Shown: positions 12,683 to 24,031 of the stretch, in pieces
Layout of the letters: each line of letters begins with the position of its first letter
Position numbering within the stretch: the stretch's first letter is position 1
NCBI RefSeq assembly: GCF_006345805.1
Contig: NC_043002.1
Span: 44,330,001-44,394,000 of the forward strand
Direction of reading: 5' to 3'
DNA length: 64,000 nt
Source: Octopus sinensis
Lineage: Eukaryota
Made by a program: the position numbers and the translations under genes
The notes under the pieces: model-generated
Databases searched by the model: none
What the model saw: the letters and a program-made list of their open reading frames with translations, nothing else
What the model was told of the DNA's origin: nothing

Positions 12683-14012
12683 TTACATTTCTCTTTCTTC
12701 TCGTTCTCTTTCTTTTCTTGTGTTTCTCTTCTCGAGACCACTGCTTCGATCGTCTCCGTTTGTGTAATCTGAATTTTTTCCCGACTGCAAATACCTCTCT
12801 TCCATCTGTTCTTTTTCTTTGAGCCTAAACCACTGCCACACTTCTTCGCTCTGCTGGTTCATCGTTCTCAACATATTGTCCATATATATTCTCTCAGTGT
12901 TACCGTCCTGGTTTGTTATATTCTCTGCCATTCCACTACTTTTTTTCCGTTTCTTCTAAAGTTGGTGACTTTTTCAAATGCGTCTCTTCCATCTGATCTC
13001 TATCTTTTAGCTCACATAACTTTAAATTTTCTCGCTCTATTTCATCTTCGTTTCGCAGTTTCATCTCTCTCTCTATCCCTTCCATAGTTGGCTCCTCGGG
13101 GTTACCGTTCTGAAAAGTTAAATTCTCTGCCGCTCCTTTACTCTTTTTAGCTTCTTCCAAAGTTTGTGACTTTTTACGTTTTCTCTTCCTTCTCTTCACC
13201 ATATTCGTTCTATTATTGTTCTCCATCTTCTCTTCATCGGCTGCTTTTTCTTCCACTGTTGTTTCCAACCTTTTCTCTACTTCTGTATTCGGGCATTTCC
13301 TTCGCATATGCCCCCTTATGCCACACAAGTAGCATTTTGGGAGTCTTCCCTGTAGCACAATCACCAACTTTTTACCGGTCGGTAATTCTACCGTTTCCGG
13401 TATTTCCAGATAGTATTCATCGGTTATAGCGCAAATTGCTTCAATTTCATAACCCCAAAAATTCAAACATTGTGATTTACTCACTGTTAGAACGTTTAAC
13501 TTTGTACTTCTTTTCTTCAAGTTCTCTCCGAAGATTCCCACTATTACCCATTCGGGCTCTATTATGGGTGGGATTCTTCCAACTCTAATTTTCCCCAACT
13601 TTTTTCCTGGTTTGTCGGGAATGAGAGTCCAACTATTTCCTTCTATCACTTGGTCATTCTTCTTTGCCGCCTCCACATTTTTAAATGTAATATTTATCGT
13701 GCCGTATTGGCTTCCTCTATTTATGAAAACCACTCTATCCATACAGCATGATACCATTGTTTCTATTTGAAATTCTGGTGCTATTTCAATCCTCCTGGAT
13801 TCGTTGGAGAATGTTCTGTATACTCTTGTTAAATCCCTTAACATTTTCTTTTTCTCCTCCGGCATTACAAGCTTCACATTCGTTGCTTCTATTTCTACTT
13901 TGCTCAAGTATCTCTTCATCTTTTCAGGGTCCCAATTCAACGACTTCAGTGTTAGCTTTCTTAATTTCTTTTTTTCCGGGTCTTCCGCTGTCGCTTCAGC
14001 GTAGCTCTTCAT
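12683..14012 (-). CDS. Tx1/L1 ORF1-like nucleic-acid-binding protein with CCHC zinc knuckle; 358 aa as assembled, 442 aa if one A is removed from the A7 run at ~12940
   Basis: ATG at 14012 (MKSYAEATA). Central RRM-like region, IPETVELPTGKKLVIVLQGRLPK, then CYLCGIRGHMRRKC (CX2CX4HX4C) and a charged tail. Stop at 12936; continuation frame 12931-12683. Confidence 0.8.
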
Positions 14013-14184
14013 TTCCAATTTCTTCTTTCACCGACAAACGTCGGCCTCACACGAACTTTCGAGCAGCTTCTCACAAACGGAGATGAACGAAGCAGTAGAC
14101 TCGAGAAGAGAAACACAAGAAAAGAAAGAGAACGAGAGAAAAAAGAAATGTGACAATAATAAATGTGGAAAAAAAACCTAGACG

Positions 14185-14595
14185 GTAAGTATAATTATGA
14201 GTGTAACGCAACTAATTGTTTAAAAAAAAATAATAATTGAACTGCAAATGAACTGAGAATTGAACTTGTGTTATTTGTCTGTAAAATTTCATATGAAAAA
14301 AAAAAAAGGAAGATGTAACGCTGGAAAAAAAAAAGATAAAATAGAAAAGGAAAATACAAATACTAATGTGAACAATTAATAAAGTTTACGATATTGATAA
14401 AGAAGACCATCGCGGTTTCGCCTCACAGTGAGACCCGATGGTATTTAGAATTAATGTGAAAAAAATCACTTTACGTCTCACAGCGGGAGTGAGTCGAACA
14501 GTTTCATTCTCATTAATTATTAATCACTCCATCAATCATACATCATTTGTTTTATGTTCCCGTTTTGTCTTGTTTTGTCCCCTCTATGTAATCAG
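14185..14595 (+). other. Putative GT-AG intron (second copy)
   Basis: ACG|GTAAGT at 14185; TTTTGTCTTGTTTTGTCCCCTCTATGTAATCAG| ending at 14595. Confidence 0.55.
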
Positions 14596-14633
14596 ACCAT
14601 TGTGTCTATAATAAAGAGAAAAGGACACGCTAC

Positions 14634-14679
14634 CCTGAACCGATGATGGGCAATACCCAGAAACATGCATGTATTCAGG
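14634..14679 (+). ncRNA. Type I hammerhead ribozyme, U4>C variant
   Basis: CCUGAA CCGAUGA UGGG-CAAUA-CCCA GAAA CAUGCAUG UA UUCAGG. Confidence 0.82.
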
Positions 14680-14844
14680 TTGCTGTTCCTAGCTGGTGGG
14701 GGTGCTTGCCTCCCCTTTGCTAATATAAAGACACAGAAAATGTGTCAAAGCCGACAGGAAGCGTCGATGCTTCCTAGGGCTATATAGTGTTGTTGTAATT
14801 CCCTCTACAGGACTGTCACGTTTTGTTGACTTTATACAACCACT

Positions 14845-14850
14845 ATATAT

Positions 14851-14894
<44 letters not shown>

Positions 14895-14898
14895 ATAT

Positions 14899-14943
<45 letters not shown>

Positions 14944-14960
14944 AAGAAAGAATATATATA
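14845..14960. repeat. (TA)n/(TAGA)n microsatellite
   Basis: Direct reading. Confidence 0.95.
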
Positions 14961-15282
14961 TAGACTAAATATTTAGTCTTTATATAAATATAGACTAAAT
15001 ATTAGACTAAATTTGTGAATTAAATCGTTTTGATATGGTCTGTCTGTGGCAAGTCAAACAGAAGTATTTTTTATGAGCATGACATGCACAGGGATTTATG
15101 GTGATTATAATGATGGGGAATATCAGTAAACATAGCTTTACCTGCACGTTTTGCTTCAAACATAATCTTCTTATTGGAGTAATTCATACATAAAAAAACT
15201 GTTCTAATGTTCTTTGATACAGAAGTACTATGTTATTTCTGTTCATAACAACCGTTTTAATATTCTTAAAGTTGTGTACTCG

Positions 15283-15365
<83 letters not shown>

Positions 15366-15713
15366 CTCAAGGCAGTTACAATACCAGTGATCGTAGGAGC
15401 ACTAGGAATGATCAAGAAGGGAACCGAAAATTATATGAGAATGATCCCTGGCTTACCATCCCCCAAGAAGTGCAAAAGATTGTCTTAACTGGTACATCAC
15501 ACGTATTGAGAAGAGCATTGTCGATGTGAGAACTATTACTACCCATGTATTTTAATTTAACTTTATTTCTTTCAAAAAAAAATTGAACGAACTAGTGAGT
15601 TTAGTTTAATGACCTATACTATAAGTTTCTTTGCCCTAGGAGTCGGGAAGACACTCGGCAAAAAATGGAAGCAAATTTGAAAGAAGAAAAACCCATAAAT
15701 AATGATAATAATG

Positions 15714-15760
<47 letters not shown>

Positions 15761-16238
15761 CATTGCTCTTTCTCTTTACTGTTTAATTCTCAGAAAAAGA
15801 GCAATTGCATCAAATACTGAATAGACAACACACCATAAAGTGATAAGTGCAGAATTTGTGGACAAAGTGGTGAAACGGTATGGCATATTACCCAACTGAC
15901 AACAAGATTTGCGATAAGGAAGAAAGAAAAGTCGATAGATATAACAGGTTAGCTTGGGACGTTAAGTAGTTGTGGTCGCTTTAAAAGGTGGTAGTAGTAC
16001 CAATAATTGTCGGAGCCCTGGGAACGGCGAAGAAAAATATAGAGAAGTACATGGAACAAATAGGGGATGCAATAAGGGTGGAACACTTGCAGAACATAGC
16101 ACTGCTTGGAACCACTCGAATACCCCAGATGGTGCTCGAAAAATAAGGGGTGTTACCTTAGTTCACTAGCAAGGAACAGCTGACACCCTAGTACATCTCC
16201 AGCGTTAGAAGCTGTGCAAAGACAATAGAATAATAATG

Positions 16239-16277
<39 letters not shown>

Positions 16278-16500
16278 TTCAATACAGTAACCATCAAAGC
16301 GTCGCAACAAATCACAGCACATACCCAAGGTACACAGAGCTGCGCTCGGTAGTGAAGTGAAAGCATGTTATAAAAATAAAACTACTGAATAATAATAATA
16401 ATGATAATAATAATAATAATAATGATGATAATAATAATAATAATAATAATAATATTAATAATAATAATAATAATAATGATACTAATAATAACAATAATAA
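15283..16500 (+). mobile_element. Stack of three different R4/Dong-type 3' ends separated by (TAA)n tracts
   Basis: 15366-15700 reads [15 protein letters not shown]. 15790-16230 reads [10 protein letters not shown]. 16280-16390 is a 3' UTR shared with 23307 and 29651. Each is followed by (TAA)n. Confidence 0.8.
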
Positions 16501-16501
16501 T

Positions 16502-17960
16502 TCTTTCTTTATTGACCACCAGGGCCGAACACAATGCATAGAGGAGGACACACAGACACGGGACAGTGAGTTTAAACGTGTAAACTGCCAACAAATACAA
16601 CAATTAATATATAATTCCCTATTGTGGGTGATTAACCAAGACGCGACCAAAACAACCTCACCCAATTTGGGCCCTTAGCACCAAGGCACCTCAGATAGGC
16701 ACCCCTCTCCTCCTCACTCCATCCGGCCTACATGCGCACACTTAGTGTAGGCCCACCCACATGGGCTATCCTTGCTACATTCACCCACTCTTCGACAAAC
16801 CTATTGGGTGATAGCACCACCCTCTGCAGTCTCACCTTCCTTCTCAAGTGGAACATGAAAAATCAATGAGGCCTTGGCCAAAGAGAAAGGTACCTGTTTT
16901 CAACCCTTTCAATCGTGTCCCCCGTACAACCTCTTCCGTCATAGCCACCAGACAGAGAAAAACTGCCTTTCTTTCTCAGCCAAAGGAAGGAGGCGGGGCA
17001 ATCTTCACAATAAAATCGGACGATAGCTGAACCCGTCCAACACGTAACAATAACTGTCCCACGATGCTCCACAAGTCAGCAATGAACGCGCTGGGAAAGA
17101 CGCGTTTAGCTTCTAATATCCGTGGCCCTGCTTATTGAGCCTACCTAGGTCGACCATACAGATTACAAATTTGTGGTCTGTATAGCTGACAAATTCAAAT
17201 TGTGAACAACTTATGCTATCCTTATCACTTTGCCTACAAAGTACCCTGTCTAGATAAGATCTGGATGACCAAATGCCATTGCCTATGTTCACATTGAAGC
17301 TTTCGGCAAATCCAGTCTGAACCTGTCAACTAATTGGAAACGACTGAGCAGGTTAGCGAGGCTTGCGCACCCCACTTTCTTGTCGGCTAGCTCTACCCAG
17401 TACCTATGTACATCCAAGATGGCTTTCCAGTCGCCCATTAATTCTAAGGAGCGAGACGTCCCAAAAAAGACCTCCAAACGGCTAAAGAAATTCGGATGTC
17501 CCACTCCGGTCGGTGCGTACACAGCGACCAGTCTAAAGGCACTGCCTCCGTTTATCATTCACGTCCGGGACCAATATCCTACCTTCCGGGTTCAGAAAGA
17601 CCGACCGTATCTCGAGATCCAGAACTTTCCTGAACAGCACCCCTACCTCTACCCCTATTCCCAGTCGACCAAGAGATGCAAAGATCTCATAATCGTCGAA
17701 AATGGGTGGTAAAGCGCAGGCGCGCGTGTCCGTGATCCTGGTCTCACTGGCAGTTATTACGCGTAAATTTTCGCCACCTGAGGTCATTAAGCAAGCAAGC
17801 TTGCTTCCATGACGACCCCCAGGCCGCGTACTTTTATACTGCCCACTCTAAGCAATACCATGTTGGACGATGGGAATTTGTGAAAATAGGAGCGAGTTAT
17901 TTACCAAGGCTATGTAGGGGAGTGGGGGTGCCTACTCTCTCCCTCTCGTTGGATGCTGGT
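16502..17960 (-). mobile_element. Tx1-clade LINE deletion derivative (ORF1 end, APE, C-terminus, 3' UTR; RT missing)
   Basis: MVLLRVGSIKVRGL start, then SETR, FRLVAVYAP, MGDWKAILD, DHKFV and GHGY*KLNAS, joined directly to ADLWSIVGQLL..KIAPPPS..FVEEWVNVA. Confidence 0.8.
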
Positions 17961-18145
17961 TTTCCCCCAGCAGTTTCTTGTAAAATCTGATACTGAGATC
18001 CTTTTGAAAGTTCCATACAAGCTAGGGACAAGGTCAACGTACAGATCACAAATCTGTAGTCTGTGTATCCGACGATTTAAAAATCCACACAGCCTATGCT
18101 GTTCTCATCTATTGGCTGAAGCTATTCTATTGATATGATCTAGAT

Positions 18146-18354
18146 CAGCATTTTTCAATATTTTTTTGTCGTGACCTTTCTTATTTATCTCTTGACCCAC
18201 TAAAGGGTCGGGGCCCACAGTTTGAAAAACGCTGGTTCATATTCTGCACTTTGCATCCACTTGCATTTTTTCTTTCCTTCCTTTTTGACTGTGACCCATT
18301 TTATTTATTTCGTGACCCACTGAAGAGTTGGGATCTACAGTTTGAAAAACGCTG
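18146..18354. mobile_element. hAT (Charlie-type) MITE
   Basis: TIRs CAGCATTTTTCAA / TTGAAAAACGCTG. Perfect 8 bp TSD ATCTAGAT (18138-18145, 18355-18362) fitting the NTCTAGAN preference. Confidence 0.85.
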
Positions 18355-18429
18355 ATCTAGATGACCTGTCACGGTTTGTCATTGCTATATTCAGAAAAGC
18401 CAGCTGTCTCTTTTCAAGTTGTGGAAAAG

Positions 18430-18715
18430 TGTAATATGAAATTCTGTGTTGGTTGCATTGACTCCGTCGGAGTGTAGAGAACTACTTGTCTGAAGGCACT
18501 TCCTTCGCTGTTGCTCATAGTCAGGACTACTAACTTAGCTTTTGGACCCAAGGCGTTGGTTTGTATCGTGAGATTCAAGTCCCCTTTCGAAACAACAGAG
18601 CCACTTCATATCTTACTTGATAAACTTGGAGATGTGGACACCTCATATTCACCGAAAATTGATGTGAAGCTTCGTGGCCCAGAATTCTTGTCTCTGTGAT
18701 GACCACCACATCTAT
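18430..18715 (-). mobile_element. Old Tx1 AP-endonuclease fragment
   Basis: DIDVVVITETRI..IFGEYEV..GSAFRQVVLYTPT parallels the APE at 17280-17790. Confidence 0.6.
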
Positions 18716-21700
18716 ATCTTAAAATTTTGCATAACCTGAGTTCAAACCGACGAAAACCAAGCTGGTTTTTATCTTTAAAATTCTGTTGAGCAAATGCCTC
18801 TATTTCGATGCTAACACTAAGTTAGAATACGCATTTCCACAGCCTTAGAAACCGTTGGTAATCTTGGGAAAGGTATATGTTTACCTGTGTTTACTGCTGC
18901 TGTTTTTACCATTACTGTCTTTGCCGCTCTAGCTGCTACCATCTGTTGCGTTTGGTCTCTTTCCTTCTGCAGTTATTCTGGTTATGTTTTTTAATGTTAT
19001 CGTTGCTGCTTTCACTGCAACTGTCGTTTGCCGTCATACGAGTGTTCTAATTTTAATTTCAATTTTTTTTCCTTATGAAAATGTATTGCCGCTTTCATAG
19101 GAATATTATGGTATTTGCTTACCATTACTGCTGTTTCGGTTCCTTTTGCTGCTGCTGCTGATGATGATCATGATGATGACGATGATTATGATGATGATGC
19201 TGCCGATTGCTTCTATTGCAGTAGTGCAATTATTTGGACTTTGAACTTTCAACTCTTGAAAATTTCATTTGTCTACCGATAACCGTTTATTTCTCAATAC
19301 ATGCTAGTGCAATGGAAAATACAACGGTTAGATTATCCTGTCAAAACAAGACAAAGAATGTGATGGACAAAACAAATGAAATTGTTTGTTGTCCCCTGCT
19401 ACTTTCCAGCCATCATACATTCCCATGCGTCATACAAGCGATTAATTTACCGATACTGAAAGCTATTACAAAGAGATATAATTTACATGAAACAATGAAT
19501 AACCGATACATATTTAACACATATTCAACTACATAGACAGTACAAAAATATACTGTATCAGAAAACTTTGATGATGTTAGAAATCTAACTTCTAAAGTGA
19601 TATCTTTACAATTTATTTGATGATGCAGTTACAAAAGAAAAAGTGGGTTATGTTATTAAAACCAGTAAGAATAACAGCATAAATTGCGATAGCAGTGATA
19701 TTGTCTCCTATGATTAGGGCAGGATTTATGTTTAGACCAATATGGACCATGGCCCGGGGGCTCCTGTACTTGGGGGACTTTTTAACTCGGAGAAACCTAA
19801 AGCTTGAAAATAAAAAGTAAAAATATTTAGAGCAGTCAATTTATATAGATATTTTTTACTTATTTAAATATTTTCAATCCAATAGTTTTATTTTAATTAT
19901 TGGACTGATTTCTTAATTACTGTATCCTCTGAATCTTCCGAAACTCCTTTTTAATTTTGGGGCTTGTTCACATTGTTCGGAGCCTCTAGTTTTAATGGCA
20001 CCTTCCTTATTATTTTAATGACTTGAACTAATTCATTTTGAAGTAGTGTATTTTTAAGAATATTTTGAGCACATGCTTTCTGATAAAATAATAGGATTGT
20101 CAAGAGAATGCATTATCCAATCAAATGAACACATCAACATATCAGAAATTATCACAGTGCTGGGAGACATCAAAGTTATGGAATATATATAAACAACGCG
20201 AGGAAAAAATTGATATATCAAATTATAATGTTGTTTGTATTTAGATTTGCAGCCTTATATTTATACAATGCACATACCTATTGTTTAAATATAAACACAA
20301 CTTACACACGAAAAATCGTAGGAGAACGAAAAACAATTGACCCAGGAGCCTTCTATAATAATAGCTATGTAAACAGTGTAAACATCACTTCTGGCCATAT
20401 TTCTTTAGGAACGACAATTATTCTAGTCTTTTTAACTCTTAGGATATGTGTTTTATTTTCCATTGCAGCTGGGAAAGCATAACCTACGATTCACCTGTTA
20501 AGAACTTGGTAAAACTGTTATCCTGATTAATTGCTGTTATGCGTGTAAGAGTACACCTCTTAAAGACTAACATAGATGAAGTGACGCTATCAGGAATGTG
20601 CAAAAAGAGATAAATCATCTTATGATTCCCTATTCTATTACACAATAAAACACATGTTTATAGTTATAACAATAGAAATGAATGAATAGGTGAACAATCT
20701 ATCGTTACACTAGTCAGAAGTTACCAACAAAGAATAGACAAATGGAAGAGAAAATTAAAATATAAAGATTTACATAACTCAGGTGACAGTATATAACTCT
20801 TCTATAAACATCAGTAAATTGTTTACGTTATGATGTACAATGTACAAAAGCGGCTGAAAACATGAGAATGCTTAAGACAAAAATATTCAGTGTAAATAAT
20901 GGATTAAACAGATATAGCATTGGAGAAAAAATCATCACTTTCAAAACCATGCATTTGAAAACACCCTGCATGTATTCCATAAGAATATTACACGGTAACG
21001 TCGAGCACAGCAGTGAGCTTCAATGTGGTCCTTCAATCTACCTGAAGTAACAGTCAAATTTTTCTGTACTGGCATAAATATGATTCTAGATACGCACCAG
21101 CAGAGAAAAGAAAACCAAAATTTGTGGTACCATCACAGAATATTTGTAGATCACACATTTATCTAAGCAGAAGTGATTTGAATCTAATCAACAATAGCAA
21201 TAAAAAGATAACATTAGCAACAGCAAAACGTAGTTGAGCAGTTATGAATGATAATTTTAGTTTATTTTAAGTGCATACGAATCCATAGCTTGTCAATATC
21301 TGACTGCCTGATAGAATTGAAAACAATACCAATTCTTTGTAAAATATCACATGCAATACTTCCAACTGTTAAACTGTGAATCAACTGATACTTTGTGCAA
21401 CAGAGTGATTATTCATCTAAATGGAAGCGTGGGTACAAGTGTAAAGATCATCTAGAGATTATACTGAGCAGTAAATATAAACATCAGAAAACGAGCCCAA
21501 ATATCCAAGCATGAATTATTTCATAACAACATCCGACAGGTTATTAAAGATATCAAACATAAAGTCTGTATTAATAATGTCATAAAAATTGCATGTATCA
21601 AAAGCACTGCAAAATAAAAGAGATTATAAGCACCTGTTCTAACCCCATTAGATGATATCTTTATGAGAGACACCATATCAACCATTTCTTTTTGCCTAGC

Positions 21701-21869
21701 TCTGATTCTATAGATAATCTGTGAACACAAATACTAATAGTTCTGTACGCTATATATTGATTATAAACTAGATTCTGTAAATGAGTTTTCCAAATATAAA
21801 GACGAGACAAAATACAATCACATAAACCGCGCAAACAGTGCAAGGAAGATTTTACCAATCAATTATTTT

Positions 21870-22560
21870 CAGGTTTTGGTTAGAACTTTTGATAAGTATA
21901 GTTCATTCGTACTGGTTTCTTCAATTTTCAGCCATTCAATCATGATTTGAACTTTTAGAACATGTAGTTCTGTTGGGTCAATTTCTGTATGACTTTCTTC
22001 ATCTGTTTGATTTTTATCTGCCTTAGTGTTTATGGTTGGCTCAGAGAGTATTTCACTTTGCTTATCAGTTACATTAATTTTTTGAATCCTTATTGTACTT
22101 TCATCAACCCTGGGCTGGTCTATAATTATTTCCTCTGTAGTATCTTCTTTAGCTGCAGTTTCGTTTCTTTTATCCCTTACTGATTGTATAATTTGGTCAA
22201 TCTCTAATTCAGTTCGTAATTTCTTTTCCATAATGTTTCTTCTGATGTTGGCGAGTTTGTTGCTGTCTATGTAGAGTCTTACTTCAAGGTGTTCCTGTCT
22301 CCAGTTGAAGTAGGTTTGTACAGTATTAGATTTATTTGTTGGGAAATATATGACATGGTAGAAGGCCTTAAGAACTTTATTATCTCCCCCTAGACCATTT
22401 TTCATTCTTTTTCTTTTGCTTATTTGATGACGAGCATGGATGGCCATCTGTCGGAATATTCCGGTTGTGGAGTACTTCCAGCTCCTGTGTTTCGGGAAGA
22501 TTTGAACCAGTAGCTGATGAATAGTTCACTCTGTCTGTGTTAGTTCGAAAAATAAGAAAG
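21870..22560 (-). mobile_element. R4/Dong-type 5' ORF region
   Basis: NYSSATGSN start region; KAFYHV..WRQEH..LANIRRNIMEKKLRTELEIDQI resembles the N-terminal helical region of these elements. Confidence 0.6.
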
Positions 22561-23014
22561 AGATTTTTGTTGTTGTTTTTGTTATTTGATTCATTTGTGA
22601 CATGTTTTCATATACGTGATAGTGTCCTGTAAATTTCACGTAGTTTTGTAAACACTGGGATGTATGTGTAGTCCTATGGGTATCAAAATGTATATATGAT
22701 TGAGTAGACATTGGAGTGTATGCGTAATTACTCAATTTATGTATTTACTGTTTTGGTCCATTTATATTTTATAATTTGTAATCTTTCCGTTGTTGCTTTC
22801 GCGTGTGTTTCGCACATGTTTCACTGAGACATCTTGCATAGGAGAAACTGTGCTTTGTATGACAGTAAAATTTCGTTTTTGTGTTTATTTTCGTTTAAAA
22901 GACCGATCCTTTCAAGTCTTCCACAGGTTCCTTTATGCCATTTCACCGATGTTATTAGATTAGACTTGTTTTTGAATGAGGATCCCGGTGTAGCACATCC
23001 ATGTTGTTATTCAG

Positions 23015-23045
23015 CGACTAATTATTATTATTATTATTATTATTA

Positions 23046-23078
<33 letters not shown>

Positions 23079-23247
23079 ATTTTTTTTTCTTCTTTCAAAT
23101 TTGCTTCCATTTCTTGCCGAGTGTCTTCCCGACTCCTAGGGCAAAGAAACTCATAGTATACATTGGTAGGCCATTAAACCAAATTCAATAGTTCGTTCAT
23201 TTTTTTTTTTAAAGTTAAATTAAAATACATGAGCAGCATGTTATTAA

Positions 23248-23311
<64 letters not shown>

Positions 23312-23945
23312 TAGTTTTATTTTTATAGCGTGCTTTCACTTCACTACCGAGCGCAGCTCTGTGTGCCTTGGGTATGTGCTGTGATTTGTTGTGATGCTCT
23401 GATGGTTATTGTATGGAAAGTGTTCTGCGTAGGATGTGTGCAGTGCCTAGTAGTGCAATTTTCTGTATGTTATATGTGTTTGTAAGTCCTGGTGCTTTTG
23501 TTATGTATTTGTCTGAATATTTTTTATCATGCCTAATGCACCTACTATGATAGGAATTGTTTCTGTTTTCAGATTCCACATTCTAGTTACCTCTATTTCC
23601 AGGTCTTTGTATTTTGAGAGTTTCTCCATTTCCTTTAGAGACACGTTGTCATCAGCCGGTATTGATACATCAATTAGAAAGCATTTTTTTTTCTTCATGA
23701 TCTCTGACAACTATATCTGGTCTGTTGGCCTTAATTTCTCTATCTGTGTGTATCGGCATATCCCAGAGTATGGCTGCCTTCTCGTTTTCTGTGACCTTTT
23801 CTGGTGTGTGCCTATACCATCTTTTTTCTGTTGTTATTCCATAATGTTGGCATAGCTTCCAATGTATGTAGGTTCCAACTCTGTCATGTCTGTGAATATA
23901 TTCCTTCTTAGCCATATAGCAATATATTCCTTCTTAGCCATATAT
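23015..23945 (-). mobile_element. Two R4/Dong-type 3' ends with (TTA)n tracts
   Basis: 23080-23240 matches 15540-15700. 23307-23945 encodes [38 protein letters not shown]. Confidence 0.9.
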
Positions 23946-23947
23946 TC

Positions 23948-23978
<31 letters not shown>

Positions 23979-23999
23979 TTATTATTATTATTATTATTA

Positions 24000-24031
<32 letters not shown>

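Larger units (their letters stand above)
12011..12764 (-). repeat. Left inverted arm (pLTR-like)
   Basis: Starts AGTGGTTGTATAAAGTCAAC and ends CCGTTTGTG; reverse complement of 14072-14844. Confidence 0.92.
12011..14844 (-). mobile_element. Non-autonomous retroelement: gag-like ORF flanked by long inverted arms carrying hammerhead ribozymes and introns
   Basis: Arms 12011-12764 and 14072-14844 are reverse complements (about 12 mismatches over the outer ~225 bp, with indels in the intron). The 1.3 kb spacer holds the ORF, and the right end abuts (TA)n. Confidence 0.85.
14072..14844 (+). repeat. Right inverted arm (5'-truncated second copy)
   Basis: Begins CACAAACGG inside the last codons of the ORF and ends ATACAACCACT before (TA)n. 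Confidence 0.92.

Noticed and set aside
14019-14071. Hairpin GCCGAC-GTTT-GTCGGT followed by GAAA in the 5' leader
   Set aside because: The core reads CGUGUGA and stems I and III cannot form, so it is not called as a hammerhead.
12011-14844. DIRS element or DNA transposon as an explanation of the inverted arms
   Set aside because: There is no RT/RNase H, tyrosine recombinase, internal complementary region, transposase or TSD. One arm includes the ORF's last codons, so it is a truncated second copy rather than a TIR.
22511-22550. CTGATGAATAG motifs (also minus strand near 51620)
   Set aside because: These are the antisense of the YSS codons in R4-type ORF starts; no stem II or III.
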